DNA from: Candidatus Saccharimonadota bacterium
Lineage (GTDB): Bacteria; Bacteroidota; Bacteroidia; Flavobacteriales; Blattabacteriaceae
Assembly (NCBI RefSeq): GCF_014252315.1
Contig: NZ_CP059216.1
Coordinates: forward strand, 180,001 to 212,000
Direction of reading: 5' to 3'
DNA: 32,000 nt
The notes beneath the pieces were generated by a model. That model was not told the DNA's origin. It ran no database searches and was given only the letters and a program-made list of their open reading frames with translations. A program made the position numbers and the translations under genes. Numbering within the stretch: position 1 is the stretch's first letter; every line of letters starts with the position of its first letter. Shown in pieces: positions 8,429 through 18,046 of the stretch.

Positions 8429-8821
8429 ATGCTTATTATGAACATTATTAAATATTGGTATTCAATAATATTGTTTATATTAGCGATCTTTTCTATTTCT
8501 TGTGATACAAAAGTTGTAGATATTAATGAAAAAGAAAATGTTAGTTTAATGAATAAAATTCTTAAAGAAAAAGAATTACAAGAACTAAAAGAATATGAAA
8601 AAAAATTAGATAACAAATATAAATCATTAAGAAAAAAAGATCCTAAATATATAAATGAATTTGATAAATTAGACTCTGAATTCTTCTTAAATATAAAATT
8701 AAAAAATTTAAAAGAAAAAATGAGTAATATTTCAGATAATCTAAATATAGATAAATATATATTTGAATATGATGAAAAAATAGATAGATATAAAAATAAT
8801 ATAAAAAGAAAAATAGTATAA
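8429..8821 (+). CDS. Hypothetical small lipoprotein (Lys/Glu-rich, probably coiled-coil)
   Basis: 130-aa ORF in a region of very low G+C, where a stop-free run this long is improbable by chance. The N-terminus has a hydrophobic h-region ending in a lipobox-like FSIS-C (WYSIILFILAIFSISCDTK). I recognise no family. Confidence 0.55.
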   Translation: MLIMNIIKYWYSIILFILAIFSISCDTKVVDINEKENVSLMNKILKEKELQELKEYEKKLDNKYKSLRKKDPKYINEFDKLDSEFFLNIKLKNLKEKMSNISDNLNIDKYIFEYDEKIDRYKNNIKRKIV

Positions 8822-8973
8822 AATAAAAATTACAATAATATAATATAAAAATCAATTATTAGATTATTTCATAAATTCAATAAAAAATATATAAAAAAAT
8901 CCATAATTAATAAAATAATTTAAATATAAATTTTAAAAATTAATGATTACTTTACTTGTTAATATATTATGTT

Positions 8974-9957
8974 ATGAAAGAAAAAACTTTTCGAGAAGTT
9001 ATAGCTGAAGCAATGAGTGAAGAAATGAGAATTGATAAATCTATTTTTTTAATGGGAGAAGAAGTTGCTCAATATAATGGAGCTTATAAAGCATCTAAAG
9101 GAATGTTACATGAATTTGGACCAAAAAGAGTTATTGATACACCTATATCAGAATTAGCTTTTTCTGGTATAGGAATTGGAGCTTCTATGAATGGATGCAG
9201 GCCAATTATAGAATTTATGACATTTAATTTTTCTTTAATGGCCATGGACCAAATTATTAATAATGCTGCAAAAATAAGATATATGAGTGGAGGACAATGG
9301 AATATACCAATTGTTTTTAGAGGGCCTACAGGCTCTGCAGGACAATTAGGTGCTACACATTCTCAATCATTTGAAAATTGGTTTGCTAATTGTCCTGGAT
9401 TAAAAGTAGTTATCCCATGTAATCCATATGATGCAAAAGGTTTATTAAAATCTTCTATAAGAGATAATAATCCTGTAATTTTTATGGAATCTGAACAAAT
9501 GTATGGAGATAAAATGATGATACCAGAAAAAGAGTATACTATTCCTATAGGAAAAGCAGAAATTAAAAAAAAAGGAAAAGATGTAAGTTTAGTTTCTTTT
9601 GGAAAAATTATGAAAATTGCATTATCAGTCTCTAAAAAGTTAGAGAAAGAAGAAAATATTAGTGTAGAAGTAATAGATCTTCAAACTATACGTCCTTTAG
9701 ATTATAATTCTATTATTGATTCTGTAAAAAAAACTAATAGACTAGTTATATTAGAAGAATCATGGCCGTTTTCTTCTATTTCATCTGAAATATCATTTTT
9801 TGTACAAAAAAAAGCTTTTGATTACCTTGATTCTCCTATTAATAGAATAACTTTATTAGATACTCCAGCACCTTATTCTTCTGAATTGATAAAATCATGG
9901 TTTCCAAATGAAAAGAAAATAATAAAATCTATAAAAGAAACATTATACATTTTTTAA
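8974..9957 (+). CDS. pdhB: Pyruvate dehydrogenase E1 component, beta subunit
   Basis: Motifs are MGEEVAQYNGAYKASKGMLHEFGPKRVIDTPISELAFSGIGIGASMNGCRPIIEFMTFNF and GATHSQSFENW. The ORF track starts at a TTG (8956). The ATG at 8974 (MKEKTFREV) fits homologue N-termini. Confidence 0.9.
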   Translation: MKEKTFREVIAEAMSEEMRIDKSIFLMGEEVAQYNGAYKASKGMLHEFGPKRVIDTPISELAFSGIGIGASMNGCRPIIEFMTFNFSLMAMDQIINNAAKIRYMSGGQWNIPIVFRGPTGSAGQLGATHSQSFENWFANCPGLKVVIPCNPYDAKGLLKSSIRDNNPVIFMESEQMYGDKMMIPEKEYTIPIGKAEIKKKGKDVSLVSFGKIMKIALSVSKKLEKEENISVEVIDLQTIRPLDYNSIIDSVKKTNRLVILEESWPFSSISSEISFFVQKKAFDYLDSPINRITLLDTPAPYSSELIKSWFPNEKKIIKSIKETLYIF

Positions 9958-10931
9958 AAAATAGACTGAACTATTTGATATATATTTTCAGGTTTATCCA
10001 TAGTATAATAATGTATAACTTCTACTCCAGAATTTCTCAGCTCTTTAGATTGATTAATAGACCATTCTATTCCAATATGGAAAACATTTTTTTTATTTTT
10101 TGTTTTTTCAATTTCTTTTACTAATTCATTTGGAATACTTAAATAAAATTTAGATGGTAAACTATTCAAATGTTGTATAGATGATATTGGTTTTATTCCA
10201 GGAATAATAGGAACAGAAATTCCTTCTATTCTACATTTTTCTACAAAAGAAAAATATTTTTTATTATCAAAAAACATTTGAGTTACTATATAATTTGCTC
10301 CTGCTTCTACTTTCTTTTTTAAGAAAAATAAATCACTCTCTATATTTGGAGCTTCTAAATGTTTTTCTGGATATCCAGCTACACCTATACAAAAATCAAA
10401 TATAGGTGATTCTTTTTTATTTGTATTATTGTTATCAATAAAATTTTTATCAATATATATTCCTGAATTTAAATTTTTTACCTGTTTTACAAGATCTACA
10501 GCATATTTATGCCCATCTTTTTTTGCAAAAAATTTATTTTCATGTTTAATAGGATCACCTCTAAGGACTAAAACGTTATCTATTCCTAAAAAATTTAAAT
10601 CTATTAGAGCATTTTCTGTCATTTGTTTATTAAATCCTCCACATATAAGATGTGGAACTGCATCTACTTTATATTTATTCATAATTGCAGAACAAATTCC
10701 TACTGTTCCTGGACGTTTTGATATTTTTTTTCTCTGTAATAATCCATTTCCTTTATCTATATATACAAATTCTTCACGATGATAAGTTACATCAATAAAA
10801 GGAGGATTAAATTCCATTAATGGATCTAACGTTGAAAAAATATCTTTGATATCATTTCCTCTAATTGGAGGTAAAATTTCAAATGAAAATAAACTTTTTT
10901 TTGCTTTTGATATATGTTCTGTAACTTTCAT
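9954..10931 (-). CDS. metF: 5,10-methylenetetrahydrofolate reductase
   Basis: Motifs are FSFEILPPIRG, FIDVTYHREE, the AVPHLICGG region and GANYIVTQMFFD. Its 325 aa is the size of the Bacteroidota-type MetF. Confidence 0.9.
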   Translation of the reverse strand: MKVTEHISKAKKSLFSFEILPPIRGNDIKDIFSTLDPLMEFNPPFIDVTYHREEFVYIDKGNGLLQRKKISKRPGTVGICSAIMNKYKVDAVPHLICGGFNKQMTENALIDLNFLGIDNVLVLRGDPIKHENKFFAKKDGHKYAVDLVKQVKNLNSGIYIDKNFIDNNNTNKKESPIFDFCIGVAGYPEKHLEAPNIESDLFFLKKKVEAGANYIVTQMFFDNKKYFSFVEKCRIEGISVPIIPGIKPISSIQHLNSLPSKFYLSIPNELVKEIEKTKNKKNVFHIGIEWSINQSKELRNSGVEVIHYYTMDKPENIYQIVQSIF

Positions 10932-10941
10932 AAAAAAGTTT

Positions 10942-12213
10942 TTATTTAATACTTTTAAATCCTGTATAAGGAATTAAAACTTTAGGAATGTTAATTTTAT
11001 CTTTAGTTTGATAATTTTCTAATATAGATATCAAAATTCTGGGTAAGGCTAAAGAACTACCATTAAGTGTATGACAATATCCTATTTCTTTATTATTACT
11101 TTTTTTATACTTAATATTTAATCTATTAGACTGAAAATCAGTGCAATTTGAAACAGAACTTACTTCTAACCATTTTTTTTGAGCTATAGAATATACTTCA
11201 AAATCATATGTTATTGAAGATGAATACCCAAGATCTGATGCTTTTAACCGTATAATACGAAAAGGTAATTCTAATGAAATTAGAATATTTTTTATATGTA
11301 TAATCATATCATTTAAATTTTTAGAAGAATATATTGGTAGTGTAATTTGAATTATTTCAACTTTATCAAATTGATGTATTCTATTTAATCCTCTTACTTT
11401 AGACCCATAAGATCCAGATTCTCTTCTAAAACATGATGTGTATGTAGTTGCCTTTATAGGAAGATCAAAATCCTTGAATATTTTATTTCTGTAACAATTC
11501 ATAAGAGGAATTTCACCAGTAGGAATAAGATATAAATTATCTTTTTCCATAAAATACATTTGATTTTCTTTATCAGGAATTTGTCCGGTATAATATCCAG
11601 ATTTTTCATTTATAATATAAGGAAGATTATATTCTTTATATGAAGCTTTTACATTTTGATCTAAAAAATATTGTATTAAACTTCTTTGTAATTTTGCACA
11701 TTTATCTATATATACAGGAAATCCTGATCCACATATATTTGATCCTAATTTTAAATCAAATAAATTAAATTTTTTTGATAATTCCCAATGAGGTAATGGT
11801 TCCTTTATTACATTTTTTGTTTTTCCTTTTTGGATAATAATATCAATATTTTTAGATGTTATATTTAAACTTTTATCTGGTATATTTGGAATATTACTTA
11901 ATTTTTTTCTTAATATAAAAATTATTTTTTTTAATTTAACATTAACATCTTTTCTTTTATTTTTTAATAAAGTAGATTTTTTTTTCAATAATTCTATATG
12001 ATATAAATTTTTATCTTTAAATAAAATTTTAGATATTTTTTTAGAAATAATATTTTCTTTTTCTAAAAGTTTATTTATAATATTTTGATTTTTTCTCTTT
12101 TTATCATCTAACAATAATATTTCATCAATTAGATGTAATTCACTAAAATTACGTTTTCTTAATCCTGATAATATTATTTCTTTGTTTTTTCTTATAAAAG
12201 AAATTTGAAACAT
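10942..12213 (-). CDS. serS: Seryl-tRNA synthetase
   Basis: It has an N-terminal coiled-coil arm. Class II motif 2 (FRRESGSYGSKVRGLNRIHQFDKVE) and motif 3 (GSSLALPRILISILEN) are present. Confidence 0.95.
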   Translation of the reverse strand: MFQISFIRKNKEIILSGLRKRNFSELHLIDEILLLDDKKRKNQNIINKLLEKENIISKKISKILFKDKNLYHIELLKKKSTLLKNKRKDVNVKLKKIIFILRKKLSNIPNIPDKSLNITSKNIDIIIQKGKTKNVIKEPLPHWELSKKFNLFDLKLGSNICGSGFPVYIDKCAKLQRSLIQYFLDQNVKASYKEYNLPYIINEKSGYYTGQIPDKENQMYFMEKDNLYLIPTGEIPLMNCYRNKIFKDFDLPIKATTYTSCFRRESGSYGSKVRGLNRIHQFDKVEIIQITLPIYSSKNLNDMIIHIKNILISLELPFRIIRLKASDLGYSSSITYDFEVYSIAQKKWLEVSSVSNCTDFQSNRLNIKYKKSNNKEIGYCHTLNGSSLALPRILISILENYQTKDKINIPKVLIPYTGFKSIK

Positions 12214-12276
12214 TATTTTTATTTAAGTTATTATTATAAAATACAGAATAAAATATTTTTATATTTGTTAAGTATT

Positions 12277-13086
12277 ATGAAACTAGTTTACAAAAATAAA
12301 CCAAAAAGAAAATTTGGGCAATATTTTTTAAAAGATAAAAATATAGCTAAAAAAATTGTAAATAATCTTTCTTTTAAAAATTATTCCACTGTAGTAGAAG
12401 TTGGACCAGGGTTAGGAATTTTAACTAAATATTTAATAGAAATAATGAATAAAAAAAAATTAATTAATAATCTAATTCTTATAGAAATAGATAAAGATTT
12501 AATCTCTTTTTTAAGAAAATTTATTATTATTTCTAATAATAAAATTATACACAAAGATTTTCTAAAATGGAATCCAAAAAAAATGTTATTACATAATTTT
12601 GCAATAATTGGTAATTTTCCATATAATATTTCATCAAGAATAATGTTTCATATTATAAAATATAGTGAACATATACCAGAATGTGTTGGAATGATTCAAA
12701 AAGAAGTTGCTGAACGTATTATTTCAAATAAAGGAAAAAAAAATGGAATACTATCTATTTTAATACAAATGTTTTTTGATGTAAAATATTTATTTACAGT
12801 AAAAAATACTGTTTTTTATCCTACATCAAAAGTGGATTCAGCTGTAATTTACTTAAAAAGAAAAAAAAATAAAATAACAGATATAAAAAAAAATTTTTTA
12901 TTTCAATGTGTTAAAAAAGCTTTTAGTCAAAGAAGAAAAAAAATAAAAAATTCTCTATACTTATTTGATAATAATAAATCAAGTATTTATAAAATACCAT
13001 TTTTAAATAAAAGAGCAGAAGAATTATCTGTTAAAGATTTTATTCAACTAGCAAAATCAATAGAAAAAATTAAAAATAATGACTAA
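12277..13086 (+). CDS. rsmA: 16S rRNA (adenine1518/1519-N6)-dimethyltransferase
   Basis: Motifs are FGQYFLKD, the SAM-binding VVEVGPGLGILT and IGNFPYNISS. The ORF track begins at a TTG (12205) that would overlap the serS start. The ATG at 12277 (MKLVYKNKPKRKFGQYFL) is the conserved start. Confidence 0.9.
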   Translation: MKLVYKNKPKRKFGQYFLKDKNIAKKIVNNLSFKNYSTVVEVGPGLGILTKYLIEIMNKKKLINNLILIEIDKDLISFLRKFIIISNNKIIHKDFLKWNPKKMLLHNFAIIGNFPYNISSRIMFHIIKYSEHIPECVGMIQKEVAERIISNKGKKNGILSILIQMFFDVKYLFTVKNTVFYPTSKVDSAVIYLKRKKNKITDIKKNFLFQCVKKAFSQRRKKIKNSLYLFDNNKSSIYKIPFLNKRAEELSVKDFIQLAKSIEKIKNND

Positions 13087-13942
13087 AATATTAAATGGAA
13101 ATCAATTAGCAAATGAAATAAAAAAAGAAATTGTTGAAGATATTAAAGAAAAAATATTAAAAAAAAATAAACGTTTTCCTCATTTAGGTATTATTTTAAC
13201 AGGAAATAATTATTCTAGTATTAAATATGTAAATAATAAAATAAAAGAATGTAAAAATATTGGATTTAAATATACATTGATACATCTTCCTAAAGATAGT
13301 TCAGAAAAAGAAATATTAAATGAAATTAATAATATGAATAAAAATCCAATGATAGATGGATTTATTATACAATTACCATTAGAAAAACATGTAAATAAAA
13401 ATAAAATAATATCATCTATTGACCCTAAAAAAGATGTTGATGGATTTCATCCAGAAAATATAGGAAAAATGATTTTAGAAATGGATAGTTTTTTTCCTGC
13501 TACAGCTTTGGGAATAATAACTATGTTGGAAAAATATAATATCCAAATAAAAGGAAAACATTCAGTTGTAATTGGAAGAAGTATAATAGTAGGAAAACCT
13601 ATAAGTATTTTATTGAGTAGAAATAATTTAATTGGAAATAGTACTGTAACTATTGCTCATAGCAAAACTCCTAATATAATATATCATACAAAAAAAGCTG
13701 ATATTATTGTAGTTGCAGTTGGTATTCCAAAATTTGTTACAGGAGAAATGATAAAAAATGGATCAATTATTATTGATGTAGGAATTAATAATATTAACGA
13801 AACAGTAATAGTTGGAGATGTAGATTTTAAAAGTGTTTATGGAAAAGCAGCTTTTGTTACTCCTGTTCCAGGAGGAGTTGGTCCTATGACTAGAATTATG
13901 TTATTAAAAAATACATTAAAAGCTGCATTAAATAATAGATGA
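13079..13942 (+). CDS. folD: Bifunctional methylenetetrahydrofolate dehydrogenase / methenyltetrahydrofolate cyclohydrolase
   Basis: Motifs are ILNGNQLANEIK, the GFIIQLPLP-like stretch (DGFIIQLPLEKH), VVIGRSIIVGKPISILL and TPVPGGVGPMT. It overlaps the rsmA stop by 8 nt. Confidence 0.95.
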   Translation: MTKILNGNQLANEIKKEIVEDIKEKILKKNKRFPHLGIILTGNNYSSIKYVNNKIKECKNIGFKYTLIHLPKDSSEKEILNEINNMNKNPMIDGFIIQLPLEKHVNKNKIISSIDPKKDVDGFHPENIGKMILEMDSFFPATALGIITMLEKYNIQIKGKHSVVIGRSIIVGKPISILLSRNNLIGNSTVTIAHSKTPNIIYHTKKADIIVVAVGIPKFVTGEMIKNGSIIIDVGINNINETVIVGDVDFKSVYGKAAFVTPVPGGVGPMTRIMLLKNTLKAALNNR

Positions 13943-14114
13943 AAAATATAAAATATAATATACTATTCTATTTGACATTTATCTTCCTTAATAATAATTA
14001 TAAAAAAACACATTAATTTTTAATACTTTTATAATAAAATTAACTAAGTAATAATATTTATATAATAACACAATTTTTAAAAAATAAAGTAGTATGAATT
14101 AATAAAATAAATAA

Positions 14115-14729
14115 TTAAGAATTTTTATATCTATTTTCCAATATATTAATAATATCTTGTATACAAAATTTTTTATAATGTAATAAAATTAAATAATGAA
14201 ATAAAAGATCTGCAGATTCATTCAAAAAAAATTCATTATTATTATCTTTAGATTCTATAATAAGTTCTATAGATTCTTCTCCTAATTTTTGAGATATTCT
14301 ATTTATTCCTTGTTTTGATAATTTATATATATAAGACTCATTTCCACCATGTTTAAAACGTTTTGATATTAATTTTTCTAAAAATAAAAGGAAATTATTT
14401 GTATTTGATTCTTTCCAGCATGTATCTGTATTTTTATGACATACTGGTCCATTAGGTTCTACTTTTATTAACAATGAATCTCCATCACAATCAATTAATA
14501 TTTTTTTTATGAAAAGATAATTACCACTTGTTTCTCCTTTTGTCCATAATCTATTTTTTGATCTACTATAAAAAGTGACTTTTTTTTCAAAAATACTTTT
14601 TTTATAAGCTTCTTTATTCATAAATCCTAACATTAATACTACATTTGTTTTTATATCTTGAATTATAGTAGGAATTAATCCATTATTAAAACAAATTTTA
14701 TTATTATTACATATAAATTTTTTATGCAT
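14115..14729 (-). CDS. hisI: Bifunctional phosphoribosyl-AMP cyclohydrolase / phosphoribosyl-ATP pyrophosphatase
   Basis: The HisI part has LIPTIIQD, SRSKNRLWTKGETSGN and DCDGDSLLIKVEPNGPVCHKNTDTCW. The HisE part has YIYKLSKQGINRISQKLGEESIELIIES and ESADLLFHYLILL. Confidence 0.9.
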   Translation of the reverse strand: MHKKFICNNNKICFNNGLIPTIIQDIKTNVVLMLGFMNKEAYKKSIFEKKVTFYSRSKNRLWTKGETSGNYLFIKKILIDCDGDSLLIKVEPNGPVCHKNTDTCWKESNTNNFLLFLEKLISKRFKHGGNESYIYKLSKQGINRISQKLGEESIELIIESKDNNNEFFLNESADLLFHYLILLHYKKFCIQDIINILENRYKNS

Positions 14730-14747
14730 TTTTTATTAAAATTTATG

Positions 14748-15503
14748 TTATATCCTAACAGGAATATTATGATTATTTAAATATTTTTTTAAAATTGGAA
14801 TCTCTATTTCTTTATAATGAAAAATACTAGCAGCCAAAGCAGCATCAGCTTTTCCATTTTTAAATATATTATAAAAATCTTTTAAACAACCAGCTCCTCC
14901 TGATGCAATTACTGGAATAGATACTTTTTCAGAAATTTTTTTAGTAATATCAAAAGCAAATCCATTTTTTGTTCCATCATGATTCATAGAAGTTAGTAAT
15001 ATTTCTCCTGCACCAAGACTCTCACCCATTTTTGCCCAATCTAAAGCTTTAACTTTAGTTGGAATTCTTCCTCCATTTAAATATACCCACCATATATCAT
15101 TTTCGTATTTAGTATCAATAGCTAAAACTATACATTGACTACCAAATCTTTTAGAAAGGATTTTTAATAGTTTTGGATTTTTAAAAGCTGCAGTATTTAC
15201 AGATATTTTATCTGCTCCAGATTGTAATAAAATTTCTACATCATCTTCTTTACTAATTCCTCCTCCAACAGTAAAAGGTATATTAATATAATAAGAAATT
15301 TTTTTAACTAAATTAACCAATATTTTTCTTTTTTCGTTTGTTGCTGTAATATCTAAAAATACTATTTCATCTGCACCTTGTTTTGTATACCAACAAACTA
15401 ATTCTATTGGATTTCCAGCATCTTTTAAAAATTGAAATTTTCTTCCTTTTACTGTTCTTCCATTTTTTATATCTAAACAAGGTATGATTCTTTTAGTTAA
15501 CAT
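14748..15503 (-). CDS. hisF: Imidazole glycerol phosphate synthase, cyclase subunit
   Basis: [36 protein letters not shown] and ASGGAG are present. The ORF-track start at 15557 would overlap hisA. The ATG at 15503 gives the canonical HisF N-terminus. Confidence 0.93.
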   Translation of the reverse strand: MLTKRIIPCLDIKNGRTVKGRKFQFLKDAGNPIELVCWYTKQGADEIVFLDITATNEKRKILVNLVKKISYYINIPFTVGGGISKEDDVEILLQSGADKISVNTAAFKNPKLLKILSKRFGSQCIVLAIDTKYENDIWWVYLNGGRIPTKVKALDWAKMGESLGAGEILLTSMNHDGTKNGFAFDITKKISEKVSIPVIASGGAGCLKDFYNIFKNGKADAALAASIFHYKEIEIPILKKYLNNHNIPVRI

Positions 15504-15513
15504 ATTATATTTT

Positions 15514-16248
15514 TTAATTAAGTTTTTTAATATCAGAAAATGATATTTTTTTTTCATAAAAAGATTTACCTATTATTACTCCATAACAACCCATATCTAT
15601 CAATTTTTTTATATCTTTTATATTACTAATACCTCCACTAGCAATTAATTTTATACCAGGAAATTTTTCCAAAATTTTTTCATATAAAGTAAAAGATGGT
15701 CCAGATAAAGATCCATCTTTGGATATATCTGTACAAAATACATTTTTTATTCCATGAATTATTTTTTCTTTTAAAAAATTTAAAATATGTATATCATGAT
15801 ATTTTATCCATCCACTAGTTACTATATTATAATTTTTTACATCTGCTCCCAATATTATTTTATCATTTCCATAAATACTAATTAATTTTTTTAATAACAT
15901 AGGATAATTTACTGCAATAGTTCCAATAGAAACCATACTAGCGCCATTTTCAAATGCAATTTTTACATCATTTTCTTTATTAATACCTCCACTAAAATCT
16001 ACAATTAGATCAGTTTTTTTAGTTATATTTTCTAATATTTTCCAATGTACTACTTTACCTTTTTTAGCTCCATCTAAATCTACTAAATGAAGCCTTGATA
16101 TTCCATTATCTTCTAATAATAAAGCTATATCTAAAGGATTATTATTATAAATTTTTTTTTTTGAAAAATCTCCTTTTGTCAATCTAACACATTTACCATT
16201 TATAATATCTATAGCAATTATAATATTATTTATATAATTGTTTTTCAT
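15514..16248 (-). CDS. hisA: 1-(5-phosphoribosyl)-5-[(5-phosphoribosylamino)methylideneamino]imidazole-4-carboxamide isomerase
   Basis: Motifs are [37 protein letters not shown] and IASGGIS. Confidence 0.92.
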   Translation of the reverse strand: MKNNYINNIIIAIDIINGKCVRLTKGDFSKKKIYNNNPLDIALLLEDNGISRLHLVDLDGAKKGKVVHWKILENITKKTDLIVDFSGGINKENDVKIAFENGASMVSIGTIAVNYPMLLKKLISIYGNDKIILGADVKNYNIVTSGWIKYHDIHILNFLKEKIIHGIKNVFCTDISKDGSLSGPSFTLYEKILEKFPGIKLIASGGISNIKDIKKLIDMGCYGVIIGKSFYEKKISFSDIKKLN

Positions 16249-16263
16249 AATTATAACAACATT

Positions 16264-16857
16264 TTATATTTTTAGTCTAATAAAATTTTCTAATATTTTA
16301 TGTCCTACATAAGAAGATTTTTCAGGATGAAATTGTACTGCAAAAAAGTTATTTTTTTGTATTGCAGAACTATAATCAATTATATATCTAGTTTTAGATA
16401 TAGTATATTTTCCTAATGAAACATAATATCCATGAACAAAATATTGATAACTATTATTAGGTATTTTATCAAATAAAGGTCCTTTTAAATCATATATTGT
16501 ATTCCATCCAACTTGAGGTACTTTGTTATCATTTGTATGATTAAACTTTTTAACTAATAGATTAAAAATTCCAATACAATTGGTATTACTCTCTTCTGAA
16601 AATTTACAAAGCAATTGCATTCCTAAGCATATTCCTAATACTGGTTGTTTTAATTTAGGTAAAATTATATCTAATTTTTTTTTTCTTAAATACCTCATTG
16701 CAAAACTAGCTTCACCAACACCAGGAAGTATAATTTTTTCTGCATTTTGAATAGATTCTAAAGAATCTGTTATTACTGCTTTTATTCCAATTCTTTCTAA
16801 TGAAAAAAGAACTGATTGTATATTTACTGTTGGATATTTTATAATAATTATTTTCAT
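16264..16857 (-). CDS. hisH: Imidazole glycerol phosphate synthase, glutamine amidotransferase subunit
   Basis: LPGVGEASFAM is present, with the catalytic Cys in GICLGMQLL and VQFHPEKS. Confidence 0.93.
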   Translation of the reverse strand: MKIIIIKYPTVNIQSVLFSLERIGIKAVITDSLESIQNAEKIILPGVGEASFAMRYLRKKKLDIILPKLKQPVLGICLGMQLLCKFSEESNTNCIGIFNLLVKKFNHTNDNKVPQVGWNTIYDLKGPLFDKIPNNSYQYFVHGYYVSLGKYTISKTRYIIDYSSAIQKNNFFAVQFHPEKSSYVGHKILENFIRLKI

Positions 16858-16873
16858 AAATTTTAATTTTTAA

Positions 16874-18046
16874 TTATAATATTCCTTTAGAACTAAAAAT
16901 TCTATTATCATTAGATTTATTTATTGCCATTTTTATAGCTCTAGCAAAACATTTAAAAATAGATTCTATTTTATGATGTTCATTTTTACCAACAGAATAA
17001 ATATATATATTACATTTTGCGGATGAACAAAAAGATTTAAAAAAATGATAAAACATTTCTGTAGGAATATTACCAATTCTTTCTCTATAAAATTTAGTTT
17101 TCCATAATAATTTTTCTCTACCTCCTAAATCTAATACAACTTTAGATAAACAATCATCCATTGTAAGCATATAAAATCCATAACGTTCTATTCCTATTTT
17201 ATTTAAAGATTGGTTAAAAATTTCTCCTAAAGAAATTCCGCTATCTTCTATTGTATGATGCTCATCTACATATAGATCTCCTTTAACATTAATATAAAGA
17301 TCCATAAGGCTATGAACTGATATTTGTTGAAGTAAATGATCAAAAAAACCAATTCCCGTATTAATATTATATTTTCCACTTCCATAAATAGAAAGAGAAA
17401 TTTCTACATTAGTTTCTAATGTTTTTCGTTTATATGTTAAATATTTTTTTTTATTAATATTAAATAAATAATTATATATATCCTTCCAATTATCAGTTTT
17501 TAAAGATATTTCATTATTAATAACATTTTTATTTATTTTGGAAAAATAATATTTTTCTTCTTCTGTAAAATCTTCATAATGACGATTTTTTTTTCTTATC
17601 CATATAGATTTACATCCTATATTTTTTGCTAATAATACATCTGTTAACCTATCTCCTATAACAAATGAATCAGTAATATTATAGTTAAATTTATTATCTA
17701 AATATGATTTTAACATTGCAATACCAGGTTTTCTAGTATCAGATTTTTCTTCTTTAAATGTTTTATCTATATGAATAGAAGAAAAAATAATTCCTTCTGA
17801 TTTTAATATATTTAAAATATGATTATGTATAATAAAAAAATTTTTTTCTGGAAATTTTTCAGTACCTAATCCATCTTGATTTGATACCATTACTAAATCA
17901 TAATTTAATTTTCTTGATATTTTTGATAAAAAATATATAACCCTTGGATAAAAAATTAATTTTTCTATAGAATCTATTTGATAATTATTAGAACTTTCTT
18001 CTATTATAGTCCCATCTCTATCTATAAATAGTATTTTTTTTTTCAT
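16874..18046 (-). CDS. hisB: Bifunctional histidinol-phosphatase / imidazoleglycerol-phosphate dehydratase
   Basis: The N-terminal HAD motif is LFIDRDGTII. The C-terminal IGPD part has GIGFFDHLLQQ, DEHHTIEDSGISLG and GKNEHHKIESIFKCFARA. Confidence 0.93.
   Translation of the reverse strand: MKKKILFIDRDGTIIEESSNNYQIDSIEKLIFYPRVIYFLSKISRKLNYDLVMVSNQDGLGTEKFPEKNFFIIHNHILNILKSEGIIFSSIHIDKTFKEEKSDTRKPGIAMLKSYLDNKFNYNITDSFVIGDRLTDVLLAKNIGCKSIWIRKKNRHYEDFTEEEKYYFSKINKNVINNEISLKTDNWKDIYNYLFNINKKKYLTYKRKTLETNVEISLSIYGSGKYNINTGIGFFDHLLQQISVHSLMDLYINVKGDLYVDEHHTIEDSGISLGEIFNQSLNKIGIERYGFYMLTMDDCLSKVVLDLGGREKLLWKTKFYRERIGNIPTEMFYHFFKSFCSSAKCNIYIYSVGKNEHHKIESIFKCFARAIKMAINKSNDNRIFSSKGIL

Noticed and set aside
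8419-8855. The two minus-strand ORFs (8419-8616 and 8643-8855) opposite the putative lipoprotein gene
   Set aside because: They are shorter than the plus-strand ORF and are broken into two pieces. They are composed of Phe/Tyr/Ile/Leu repeats, the complement of the Lys/Glu/Asn-rich sense strand. The plus-strand ORF has a coherent signal peptide and lipobox.
12205-12276. Upstream TTG or early starts extending rsmA (12205), and likewise ndk (2676), pdhB (8956), hisF (15557), aroK (22348) and trpD (30384)
   Set aside because: The extensions are non-conserved and hydrophobic or low-complexity. They often overlap the neighbouring gene, and an ATG that reproduces the family-typical N-terminus follows each one.
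3141-13942. Possible UGA-to-Trp recoding, as seen in some tiny symbiont genomes
   Set aside because: TGA terminates ndk (3141-3143) and folD (13940-13942) at the family-expected lengths. Conserved Trp positions are encoded by TGG, so the standard bacterial code fits.
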